DNA from: Octopus bimaculoides
Taxonomy: Eukaryota
Length of the DNA: 38,585 bases
Direction of reading: 5' to 3'
NCBI RefSeq assembly: GCF_001194135.2
Contig: NC_068991.1
Span: 15,535,563 to 15,574,147 of the forward strand
Shown here: positions 9,780 to 21,450 of the stretch, one piece after another
How positions within the stretch are numbered: the first letter of the stretch is position 1
Layout of the letters: each line of letters starts with the position of its first letter
Notes under the pieces: generated by a model
Databases searched by the model: none
What the model was told of the DNA's origin: nothing
What the model saw: only the letters and a program-made list of their open reading frames with translations
Position numbers and translations under genes: made by a program

Positions 9780-11146
9780 CCTCAGTCTGCCTAGCTATAA
9801 ACAGGAACCACAGATAATATGCTGTATCCATGTGGCAAGACACAAACCTCACAAATGTTCACAAATCACCAAGCTGTAAGTAAGTAATATAAGAGTGAGG
9901 AAACTATATTTTAAGTCAATGACAAGATATCTAATACTCAAATGATATCAGTCTACCCAACTGTATATAGGTATCAGCCACAGAGCAGGAAGAGAATACA
10001 TCAATAAATGAGACATTATATAACAAATATATTCAGTCCACCTGTCTGTAAATAGGGACCAACCACAATAGGTAAATGTTGTTAATGACCACGATTTTTA
10101 ATTAACTAATGTTCTGAATGTTCCCACAGGAACAGTAAATTGTGATCAAGTTATTTAATTGATAAATTTTCTCAGTCCACTTAACTGTAAATTAGGACCA
10201 ATCACAATAGGAAAGGTAAATGTCATTGATGACCAGGATATTTAATTAATTAATAATTGTTTTTAGCTATAAAATTGGTAGCAACCACAGGAATGTTAAA
10301 CTGTGCCAAAGATATTGAATTAATAAATTTTCTCAGTCCACCTGGCTGTCAATTGGGACCAACCACTATGGGAAAAGTAAATGCTGTTAATGACGAAGAT
10401 TTTTAATTGATAAATGTTCTAAGCCCACCTAGAAGTAGCAACCACAGGAACAGTAAATTGTGATTAAATTTTTTAATTAATAAATTTTCTCAGTCCACCT
10501 AGCAGTAAATTGGGACCAATGACAATGGGAAAGATAATGTTATTGATGATTATGCTATTTAATTAATAATTGTTTTTAATCCTCCTAGTTTTAAATTGGT
10601 AGCAACCACAGGAAATGTAAATTGTGAACAATTCATTTAATTAATAAAGATTCTCAGTCTACCTAACTGTAAATAGAGACCGGCCGCTGTAGGAAAGGTA
10701 AATGTTGTCAAATAACCAAGAGGTTTAATTAATAATTATTTTTAACCAATCTAGGTATAAATAGGTAGAAACCACAAGAATGATAAATTGTGTCAAAGAT
10801 CATCATCATCATCATCATCATCATTGTTTAACATCCGCTTTCCATGCTAGCATGGGTTGGACGATTTGACTGAGGACTGGTGAACCAGATGGCTACACCA
10901 GGCTCCAATCTGATTTGGCAGAGTTTCTACAGCTGGATGCCCTTCTTAACGCCAACCACCCAGAGAGTGTAGTGGGTGCTTTTACGTGCCACCGGCACGA
11001 AGGCCAGTCAGGCAGTACTGGCTATGGCCATATTTAATTCAAATATATTCTCAGTCCACCTAGCCGTAAAATGGGTACCAAGCTCAGTAGAAATACTGAA
11101 CTGTGTCAATGAACAAGATATTTAATTAAATGTTCTGAATCCACTT
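9780..11146. repeat. Higher-order minisatellite (about 140-165 bp units, each of two related ~80-bp subunits)
   Basis: ctcagtccacc anchors at about 10033, 10171, 10332, 10489, 10653 and 11050; more degenerate units to the left; the array runs into an N-gap. Confidence 0.9.
10801..11031 (-). mobile_element. RTE-LINE 3' tail copy inserted in the minisatellite
   Basis: (CAT)n tail plus the reverse complement of ggttggcgttaagaagggcatccagctgtagaaactctgcc; it splits the array motif caaagat^atttaatt. Confidence 0.9.
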
Positions 11147-11954
11147 NNNNNNNNNNNNNNNNNNNNNNNNNNNNNNNNNNNNNNNNNNNNNNNNNNNNNN
11201 NNNNNNNNNNNNNNNNNNNNNNNNNNNNNNNNNNNNNNNNNNNNNNNNNNNNNNNNNNNNNNNNNNNNNNNNNNNNNNNNNNNNNNNNNNNNNNNNNNNN
11301 NNNNNNNNNNNNNNNNNNNNNNNNNNNNNNNNNNNNNNNNNNNNNNNNNNNNNNNNNNNNNNNNNNNNNNNNNNNNNNNNNNNNNNNNNNNNNNNNNNNN
11401 NNNNNNNNNNNNNNNNNNNNNNNNNNNNNNNNNNNNNNNNNNNNNNNNNNNNNNNNNNNNNNNNNNNNNNNNNNNNNNNNNNNNNNNNNNNNNNNNNNNN
11501 NNNNNNNNNNNNNNNNNNNNNNNNNNNNNNNNNNNNNNNNNNNNNNNNNNNNNNNNNNNNNNNNNNNNNNNNNNNNNNNNNNNNNNNNNNNNNNNNNNNN
11601 NNNNNNNNNNNNNNNNNNNNNNNNNNNNNNNNNNNNNNNNNNNNNNNNNNNNNNNNNNNNNNNNNNNNNNNNNNNNNNNNNNNNNNNNNNNNNNNNNNNN
11701 NNNNNNNNNNNNNNNNNNNNNNNNNNNNNNNNNNNNNNNNNNNNNNNNNNNNNNNNNNNNNNNNNNNNNNNNNNNNNNNNNNNNNNNNNNNNNNNNNNNN
11801 NNNNNNNNNNNNNNNNNNNNNNNNNNNNNNNNNNNNNNNNNNNNNNNNNNNNNNNNNNNNNNNNNNNNNNNNNNNNNNNNNNNNNNNNNNNNNNNNNNNN
11901 NNNNNNNNNNNNNNNNNNNNNNNNNNNNNNNNNNNNNNNNNNNNNNNNNNNNNN

Positions 11955-11992
11955 ATATATATATATACATATATATATATTATATATGTACA

Positions 11993-12034
<42 letters not shown>

Positions 12035-12230
12035 TATAGGTATATATACATGTCTGTGCATGTATATTTATGTGTATATATATATATGGTATTTATATAT
12101 ATGTGTGTGTGTATATATATATATAGTATATGTATGTATGTACATATGTGTGTGTATATATACACACACACACGCGCACATATACATACAGATATATATA
12201 TTTACATACATACATATATATATATAGCAT
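11955..12230. repeat. TA/TG/CA compound microsatellite
   Basis: Direct. Confidence 0.95.
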
Positions 12231-12405
12231 GTGCAGCTTAATTCCTGAGTTTATTTGACTGCCAATAATGAAGGTTGTGAGTTCAGTTCTTATCCACTTG
12301 AAATCAATTTTAAAATAAAGCAAAAAAAAACATTGCATTATTACTTGCAAATTACCCTATTCCATNNNNNNNNNNATTCCATACATATGAACATCTGTCT
12401 CTCTT

Positions 12406-12446
<41 letters not shown>

Positions 12447-12803
12447 GTTACCCATATGCATACACACACATATGTATATATACATGCACACAAACACACA
12501 CACACACATGTATGTAGAATTATGTGCACGAATACACATATATGTGTATGTAACACTTGTCAGCTTGGAAAACAGACATGAAATGATGATGATGACACAC
12601 ACACACACGCACGCACACACGCGCACACACACACACACACACACNNNNNNNNNNTATATATATATATATATATATATATATAGCACAAAAGAGGCAACTT
12701 CAACAAGACACCCAGCATGAATAATATATAGTCTATTGACTACTTTCTGCATGCTAGGCCACTGGTAGAAAAATTTTTATAATTTTCCTACCCTGTATAT
12801 TTC

Positions 12804-12842
<39 letters not shown>

Positions 12843-13061
12843 ACACACATGCACACACATATACATGTATAACAAGCAAAAGAATGGAGGCACTGGAATC
12901 ACATTTATTCCTTGGTTTCAGCCATTTTAACAACATGACTGTTAAATCTGTTAACATGTTGGAAAACATTAATTATAAGCAATGATTATGTGATATTGAA
13001 TATACCATATTGATTATATAACGTAAAACCAATAGTCATTTCAATATAATCAAATGAATAA

Positions 13062-13094
<33 letters not shown>

Positions 13095-13327
13095 CTTTAT
13101 TTAAAAGCAGCAGAAATATAACAAAAGACTGTCACTCTGAGTTTCACGTTCCTGTTCATCGGACAGTTTTGTTAGAAATGGAAAAGGAATAACAATGCAA
13201 TCAAAAGTGATATAAAATTTAAAACACAGGGATTCGTTTGATTGGTCGTTTCAAATAACGGTCATGGATGCGTAATGACTGTTATTTGAAACGACCAATC
13301 AAATGAATCCATGTGTTTTAAATTTTA
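13095..13327 (-). mobile_element. Repeat terminus with a hammerhead-like motif, AATAAA before (TA)n, and a 53-bp palindrome
   Basis: The minus strand reads ctgt-CCGATGA-A..GAAA-CTC-A-GAG-T-G-acag..aataaag-(TA)n; palindrome at 13213-13327. Confidence 0.5.
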
Positions 13328-14049
13328 NNNNNNNNNNNNNNNNNNNNNNNNNNNNNNNNNNNNNNNNNNNNNNNNNNNNNNNNNNNNNNNNNNNNNNNNN
13401 NNNNNNNNNNNNNNNNNNNNNNNNNNNNNNNNNNNNNNNNNNNNNNNNNNNNNNNNNNNNNNNNNNNNNNNNNNNNNNNNNNNNNNNNNNNNNNNNNNNN
13501 NNNNNNNNNNNNNNNNNNNNNNNNNNNNNNNNNNNNNNNNNNNNNNNNNNNNNNNNNNNNNNNNNNNNNNNNNNNNNNNNNNNNNNNNNNNNNNNNNNNN
13601 NNNNNNNNNNNNNNNNNNNNNNNNNNNNNNNNNNNNNNNNNNNNNNNNNNNNNNNNNNNNNNNNNNNNNNNNNNNNNNNNNNNNNNNNNNNNNNNNNNNN
13701 NNNNNNNNNNNNNNNNNNNNNNNNNNNNNNNNNNNNNNNNNNNNNNNNNNNNNNNNNNNNNNNNNNNNNNNNNNNNNNNNNNNNNNNNNNNNNNNNNNNN
13801 NNNNNNNNNNNNNNNNNNNNNNNNNNNNNNNNNNNNNNNNNNNNNNNNNNNNNNNNNNNNNNNNNNNNNNNNNNNNNNNNNNNNNNNNNNNNNNNNNNNN
13901 NNNNNNNNNNNNNNNNNNNNNNNNNNNNNNNNNNNNNNNNNNNNNNNNNNNNNNNNNNNNNNNNNNNNNNNNNNNNNNNNNNNNNNNNNNNNNNNNNNNN
14001 NNNNNNNNNNNNNNNNNNNNNNNNNNNNNNNNNNNNNNNNNNNNNNNNN

Positions 14050-14080
<31 letters not shown>

Positions 14081-14336
14081 TTTTGTAGATCAGGCACAGG
14101 CACACATATTCTGCCAGGCTTCAAACAAATAGAGAAACAAAGAAAAAAATCTGTGATAGCTGTGACACTTTTATGTAAACCACTAAATCAGAAAAACCAA
14201 TACTGAACAACTATAATTATGATGACTCTTGTACTTTAGTTATATAATGAACCAATGTGAGCAGTCATATGAATATATACTGATTATTTTCAGTTTCTTG
14301 TTCACATTGCTGTTGTTACCCAGATGCAAGACATTG

Positions 14337-15398
14337 CTAAGCCTTTTATTGTCATATTTCTGTTGAAATGCATTGCTTTCATTTCAATTAGTTTTCAAAA
14401 TAAGGAAGAATTTAGTAAAATAACTGTATCATTATTAAACTACTAATTGGAATATAAATTAGAATGAAATTTTGATGGGATTCAAATCAACCTGGAATTT
14501 TTTTTATGTAGATCACATTAATCATTTTGTTACCATAAATCGAAATTGTAATTGAACCAAATTCGATGACTGGCACCTGTGCCAGTGGAGTGCTAACAGC
14601 ACCATCCGAGCGTGATCATTGCCAGAGCAGCTGTTTGGCTTCCGTGCCAGTGGCACGTAAATAGCACCATTTGAGTGGGACCGTTTCCAGCATCGCCTTG
14701 TGCCAGTGGCACGTGAGAAAAACATTCGAGTGAGGTCGTTGCCAGTGCTGCTGGACTGGCTCCTGTGCAGGTGGCAAGTAAAAAACACCATATTGAGTGT
14801 GGCCATTGCCAGTACCACCTGACTGGCCCTCGTGCCGGTTACACGTAAAAGCACCCACTACACTCTCGGAGTGGTTGGCATTAGGAAAGGCATCCAGCTG
14901 TAGAAACTCTGCCAGATCAGATTGGAGCCTGATGCAGCCATTTGGTTCGCCAGCCCTCAGTCAAATCGTCCAACCCATGCTAGTATGGAAAGCAGATGTT
15001 AAACGATGATGATGATGATGAGGATTTCTGTTGGAATACACAGTCTTTCTTTCAATTAGTTTTCAAAATAATGAAGAATTTAGTAAAGTAACTGTATCAT
15101 AATTAGACTACTGTTTGGAATATAAGTTAGAATGAAATTTCAATGGAATAGAAATTAACCTGAAATTTTTGATGTGGACCACTTTAATCCTTTTGTTACC
15201 ATATATACAGTCTTTCTTACAATTAATTTTCAAAATAATGAAGAATTTAGTAAAATAACTGTATTATTATTACACTACCATTTGGAATATAAATTAGACT
15301 GAAGTTTTCATAGATTTTAATTTATATTACTTTAAAACACCAAGTTTGTTTCATAGAACTTGGGATGCATTCAGGCAGGTAAGTATCAAAAGTGTTAA
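14337..15398 (+). mobile_element. TTAA-type MITE with its 5' ~180 bp present three times in tandem, one right end, and an RTE-tail insertion
   Basis: Units start at about 14337, 14518 (ttaatcattttgttacc) and 15184 (ttaatccttttgttacc); right end gtatcaaaagtgttaa is the inverted counterpart. Confidence 0.8.
14538..15024 (+). mobile_element. RTE-LINE 3' UTR copy with 4-5 internal ~60-bp repeats and a (GAT)n tail
   Basis: Repeated gtgccagtggcacgtaaa units followed by the shared RTE tail; removing it rejoins ttaccata^tttctgttgga of the MITE. Confidence 0.9.
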
Positions 15399-15885
15399 TG
15401 AAGCTTAGCTATAATCCACTCCTTTCTAACAATGACCAACCCTTCTATTTTATTTATTTATTTATTTATTTGTGATTATTTTACAAACATAATCTATGTG
15501 GCTCTATATTAACCAATCCATCTTGTCTCTTTTTAAAACAATAAGAGGTATGATTAGACTGTCATTTGGCTGCTATGTCTTGCTAATCGATTGACTATAG
15601 AGGTAGTCACTGTCATTAGTTGTATAATACTCATCTAGGACTCAATTCTGTAGGATTGCAGAATTAATGAAGGAATTTAGCTTCCATTGAATTAACTGAT
15701 TAATTAGTATTCAAATATTTACATGATCAATACTTTAGAGTGTACATATTTATATATGCATGTATATATATCTATATATATGCATACACATACACACACA
15801 TATATGTGCATGTGTATATGCATGCATGTAACTCCCAATAAATTGGTTGAGTGCCCTTCTTTCATTTGTCCACTCACTTGTATAC

Positions 15886-15932
<47 letters not shown>

Positions 15933-16604
15933 NNNNNNNNNNNNNNNNNNNNNNNNNNNNNNNNNNNNNNNNNNNNNNNNNNNNNNNNNNNNNNNNNNNN
16001 NNNNNNNNNNNNNNNNNNNNNNNNNNNNNNNNNNNNNNNNNNNNNNNNNNNNNNNNNNNNNNNNNNNNNNNNNNNNNNNNNNNNNNNNNNNNNNNNNNNN
16101 NNNNNNNNNNNNNNNNNNNNNNNNNNNNNNNNNNNNNNNNNNNNNNNNNNNNNNNNNNNNNNNNNNNNNNNNNNNNNNNNNNNNNNNNNNNNNNNNNNNN
16201 NNNNNNNNNNNNNNNNNNNNNNNNNNNNNNNNNNNNNNNNNNNNNNNNNNNNNNNNNNNNNNNNNNNNNNNNNNNNNNNNNNNNNNNNNNNNNNNNNNNN
16301 NNNNNNNNNNNNNNNNNNNNNNNNNNNNNNNNNNNNNNNNNNNNNNNNNNNNNNNNNNNNNNNNNNNNNNNNNNNNNNNNNNNNNNNNNNNNNNNNNNNN
16401 NNNNNNNNNNNNNNNNNNNNNNNNNNNNNNNNNNNNNNNNNNNNNNNNNNNNNNNNNNTATATATATATATATATATCTGTAAAAATATGTGACACTTAT
16501 TCAGTAGCCATGATAAAACTCCGAGTTTCGGATGCCAGGGTGGGGGGTCCACTCCAACATCTCTTCAGTTATCCAACTACCGGAAATTCCTTTGAAAAAT
16601 GATG

Positions 16605-16745
16605 ATGAATATCCCCGAGAACTACGTTAAGGGTACATGTGTCTGTGGAGTGCTCAGCCACTTGCATGTTAATTTCACGAGTAGGCTGTTCCGTTGATCG
16701 GATCAACTGGAACCCACGACATCGTAAGCGATGGAGTGCCAACAA
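16605..16745 (+). mobile_element. SINE family C 3' part
   Basis: aatatccccgagaactacgttaagggtac...ggagtgccaac matches 32590-32728. Confidence 0.9.
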
Positions 16746-16944
16746 CAAATGTTATACATCATCATCATCATCATCATCAACAGCAGTATTCAACATCTGT
16801 TTTCTATGTTGCCATGGTTTGGGTGGTCAACAGGATCCAGCAAGACTCAGGGTTTTATTGAGCTCCAATGGCAACTTCCTAACATCAGCCACTTTAAAGT
16901 GTGTATGCCTCCATGTTTATATAACAGAACAGCAGAGGCAAATG

Positions 16945-17035
16945 AATAAGAGGTTCGTTTTGTGATCCTCAGGTCTCAGGTTTAGTCCTACAGCATAGCA
17001 GCTTGGGCAAGTGTTATATGATGTAACCACAGGTA
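16945..17035 (+). mobile_element. Degenerate SINE family B head
   Basis: caggtttagtcctacagcatagcagcttgggcaagtgtt resembles the family B head. Confidence 0.5.
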
Positions 17036-17838
17036 AGCCCTCTCCTTGTGAGTTAAACTGGGTTGTGGGGAAAACTATTTGGAAACTTGCTTGATAGACT
17101 GCAATCTGTAATTTATATGTCTGTCTATCCTTGTCAAACTGTGTTACGCTCATTGCTGCTTCTGTCCTGAGAATTACATTAAGGGTACACGTGTATGTGG
17201 AATACTCAACCACCACTTACTAATGAAACAAGTAGGTCATTCACATAAATCAAATTACAGAATACACATTGCTGAAAAGTGACAGACAACCATTTTCTTT
17301 TCTTTATTTTTCTCTTTTACTTGTTTTGTAGTTGTTTTTTTTTTTGGCCCAGAGGCTGTCTGATGAAACAGACAAATGACCAGAGGCTTTCCACACATGG
17401 CCATCCCATCTATTGGTATATCAATGACAGCATCATCAGATGTAATGATCTAAAAATATTGGAGTGTGATTTGAAATCAACACTGACCAAGTACATCTGC
17501 GATCAAATGTCTTCCATTTGTGACCACCCCAACATTTGTATTTCAGACATGTTCTATGTGAATTATATCATCCAATGTATCCACTTAATTTTTTTTTTCT
17601 TTAAAAAACGGAAGGTTGTGATTTTAGGAAGATTTGGTTACTATTTCTAGCAGGTCAAATGACCGCATAGGGGTTCATGAATTAATAAAACAATTAATAA
17701 TCTAAAGGTGAGAGGCCATGGTGGATTATTGATCTGTTATCAATCAGAATGTGTCAGCTGTTGCTGTGTTGCAACATTTGTGTGTCTGTCTACATGATAC
17801 CCTTCATGACACACACACACACACAAGCATTCATACCT

Positions 17839-17878
<40 letters not shown>

Positions 17879-18056
17879 TCATATATATTTAATATATATA
17901 TATATACACACACACACGTATGTATGCATGCACGGGTGTGTGCATGTATATATACAAATATGTCTCCCAAAACACATTGTCCTCCCCCCCAAAGAAATCA
18001 AAATGGACGTTTTATTCTGTGTAATCTGATGTATATATAAATGTGTGTGCGTGTGC

Positions 18057-18114
<58 letters not shown>

Positions 18115-18854
18115 CTTATATATGAGATATATATATATGTATGCTATACAATATATGTATTTATATATATTTAAACATACATATGTGTAAATATGTATAC
18201 GTATATGTATATATATATGTGTGTGTATATATTTATATATATATGTATGTATGTATATATATATATATGTGTATATATGTGTGTGTGAGTCTGTGTGTGT
18301 GTGATATTTATATATATATTATAAATTAATGTGCTTTATTGTTAATTTTTTGTTCATTATGCTCATTTTTTTTAAAATTGCCGCAAATAATCACAAGATT
18401 TAACGTGATCAGGGAATAAATTAATTACTGATAATTAATCAAAACAGTACAATACAATACAATACAATATTCTTTATGTGTGTCAATATTTGAAAATTGT
18501 ATTTCAAAAGTACAAATTTTTGTTTATTTTTTGTTTTTGCTATCATTTCAAAATGTAAAAAAAGAAAAAAAAAATTTCCAAAAATAACACCATATTTATT
18601 ATTTACCAAAATGTTAGGTACTGTGGAACCGATGGACTTTGGTTTTCCTCATCTCTATTTCAGGAAAGTGTATTATATGCTATCTCAGGAGAAAATAATA
18701 ATAATAATAATATATTTATGAATGATGTCTCAATTATATATATTTGTGTTTTGTTTTGTTTTGTTTTACTTTCAATAATTGTATGTGCATGTGTGTGTAT
18801 ATGTATGTATGTATCTCTGTATCTGTATGTATACACACACACACACATATATAT

Positions 18855-19011
18855 CACCCACTATACTCTCGGAGTGGTTGGCATTAGGAAGGGCGTCCAG
18901 CTGTAGAAACTGTCAGATCAGATTGGAGCCAGGTGTAGCCATCTGGTTCGCCATTCCCCAGTCAAATCGTCCAACCCATGCTAGCATGGAAGGCTGATGT
19001 TAAATGATGAT
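18855..19011 (+). mobile_element. RTE-LINE 3' tail copy
   Basis: Matches 14865-15020, including the GAT tail. Confidence 0.9.
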
Positions 19012-20230
19012 GACTGGGGACTGGTGAAACCGGATGGCTGCACCAGGCTCCAATCTGATCTGGCAGAGTTTCTACAGCTGGATGCCCTTCCTAACACCAA
19101 CCACTCCGAGAGTGTAACAGGTGCTTTTTACGTGCTACCGGCATGAGGGCCAGTCCGGCAGTACTGGCAACAGCCACGCTCAAAATGGTGTATTTTACGT
19201 GCCACCTGCACAGAAGTCAGTCCAATGTTTTGTTAGTGTGTATAGGATATTAGAGAGTGAGAGATAAGCATAATGCATGAAAGAGGAAATGTGAGGAAGA
19301 GAAGATATGTAGTTTGATTTGTTAGGGTAGGGTGTGTGAAAAATTTTGTTACAGGTAGCTGGAACTCACAGTGCTTCTAGAACTCAGTTTCACTGATGTG
19401 GGCAGGTCTTCTCAAGGATATCATATCAGCAGGCATTTCGGTCCATTATCATTTCCTCCATGAGGCTCGACATCCTGAGATCGTCCTCACCACTTCATCC
19501 CATGTCTTTCACAAATATCATCCACTTTCAGTGATCAGTTCTACTTTATACAGCTGTCTTCATTCATGTGCATCACATGTCCAAACCAACTTAGTCTTCT
19601 CTCTTGCATGCTACATGTGATTCCTCTTATTCCCAACGTTTCTCTAAATACATTTGCACTTTGTTCTACATGCACACTGATGTTGCACATCCAATGAAGC
19701 ATACTGCCTTCATTTCTCTCCAGTCTACTCATATCTTTTACATTCAAAGCCCATGTCTCACTACCATGGAGTATAGCCATTCATACACAAGCATCATACA
19801 ATCTACCCTTCACTCTGAGAAAGAGTCCTTTTATTGCCAACAGAGATAATAGTTCTCTGAACTTCCTCCATCCTATTCTTATTCTAGAAACAATACTTTC
19901 AGAGCATCCTCCATCATTGCTAATTCGATCACCTAGGTAACAGAAACTATCTACAACCTCAAGAGAGCCTCAGGGGCATTTGAGAGAACTTAAGTCCTGT
20001 GTGCTCTCAGTGCTTATAGTTCCTGCACATCTGCCACATACAAAGGCAACTTTATCTGTTAATCTACCTGTGATTCCACTGCACTTCTTATATGTCCATA
20101 GCTTACACTGGGTGCAATGAATGGATTTACTTCTAACTCCTTTCCTACATAATGAGTAGGGCCATTTACCTGACGAAAATAGAGTCTTATCTGCTTTCTT
20201 GCTAACGACTTTGGTCTTTGCTAGATTAAC
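19012..20230 (-). mobile_element. RTE-clade LINE 3' portion: late RT with a PHD-like finger, C-terminal domain and 3' UTR (pseudogenised)
   Basis: One frame with stops reads VNLAKTK..Cys-rich..SFCYLGD..GWRKFRELL..LHGSETW..RRLSWFGHVMHM, which are RTE hallmarks; it continues into the 3' UTR shared with the tail copies. Confidence 0.9.
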
Positions 20231-20576
20231 TTGTTCATTCAATACATTCACCTCTGCTTCCATTTCTAACCATGTGTTACTCTCCCCTCAAATTCTAATG
20301 AACCTAAATACTCTACTCTACACTTTTCCCCAATCCAGAGACTGTATCCTCTCTTATGTTCACTTTCTTGTACCTTGAGTTTGCTCTGGCTCCCCATCAC
20401 TATCGTTTTAATCTTCATCTTCTTCTCAGTTACTACTACTCACCTTTATATAATGTGGGATAACCACGTATCTCTGCTATAACAAGGACATCTCTGCTTG
20501 TCCTTCTATAACACTTTTAGTCTCTCATCAACTGGCATATAGCCACCTCCCCACTCTCTAATATACCCTTATCTCC

Positions 20577-20894
20577 AGTAGCAGAATGGGTCTAAAAATA
20601 TTGGTTGCCAGGAGACTAAGGGGGCCCACCTGCAACTACCAGGGGGCCCACCCACAACTACAATGCTATCATTTAATCTTTTTTATTTTTTTGTTAAAAG
20701 TATTCTTTTCAACTGTCTACAATCACAGCCAGGCTGAAATAATTAATGCATTCTTCCAGGAGTGAATAAAAAATTCTTAAACTTGAAGGGATGGGCCCCT
20801 TAGATACTAACATGGGCCCCCATACATGGATTCTGATGGCGCAGGGGCCCACTTGCCATTGGGCAAGCTGGCAACCTGCCCCAGTCTGCCATTG
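20577..20894. mobile_element. hAT-like MITE
   Basis: Imperfect TIR cagtagcagaatggg vs caatggcagactggg (reverse complement of the right end), internal ggggccc motifs, degenerate 8-bp TSD cttatctc/cctgtctc. Confidence 0.65.
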
Positions 20895-20989
20895 CCTGTC
20901 TCCATTTAGTTTTTTGGACTTTCCCTCTTTCATGCTTTTTCTCTCATGCAACTTATTTGGTGACTTTACTAGTGCTGATCACACGAAAG

Positions 20990-21205
20990 AAGCACCCAGT
21001 ACACTCTGTACAGTGGCTGGAGTTAGGAAGAGCGTCCAGCTGTTAAAAAATTTAAAAAGGGAGAGAAAAGCCAAAACTGACTCTTGGAGCTCAGCACATC
21101 CCCAGAACTTGCTGGACACTGTCAAACAATCAAACCCATTCCAGCATGCAAAACGAACCTTAAACGACGGCAACATCGAGGATAATGAAGATGATGATGA
21201 TGATG
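20990..21205 (+). mobile_element. Divergent RTE-type 3' tail copy (different subfamily)
   Basis: agcacccagtacactctgtacagtggctggagttaggaagagcgtccagctg, then a different middle and a (GAT)n tail. Confidence 0.75.
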
Positions 21206-21289
21206 TTTGCATATACATCAAGAGCTAGAACAAATACCACTCGACATATTGTCCAATTTTCTTATAATTCTGCTCATATACAGTCCTGC

Positions 21290-21450
21290 GCTCTTATCTT
21301 ATTTCATACATCACCAAAAGGATGAAAATCAAAGTTGATCTCAACGACATTTGGACTCAGAATGCCAAGATCTAGAAGGAAAAAAAAAAAATACTGTAAG
21401 GCATTTTTTTGTCTGAAACTGATATACATACTGATCTACATGCTGATACG
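21290..21450 (-). mobile_element. SINE family A, degenerate minus-strand copy
   Basis: aaaaggatgaaaatcaaagttgatctcaacgacatttggactcagaatg is the reverse complement of the family A core and B-box. Confidence 0.6.

Noticed and set aside
9780-11146. CRISPR-like or coding interpretation of the tandem array
   Set aside because: Whole units are homologous with no unique spacers, the context is eukaryotic with no cas genes, and stops are frequent on both strands.
12870-12945. Minus-strand aaaATGGCT start context
   Set aside because: The frame stops after six codons (MAETKE) and no donor site is present.
14522-15009. ORFs over the GC-richer repeat region
   Set aside because: They lie in the RTE 3' UTR tandem repeats and match non-coding copies elsewhere in the window.
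17360-17385. CTGATGA hammerhead core
   Set aside because: No closing stem II/GAAA or stem I partner.
17279-17650. 123-aa ORF with a T-rich acceptor at 17352 as a host exon
   Set aside because: No recognisable domain, only a weak donor, and not frame-compatible with the other candidate exons; kept only as a weak possibility.
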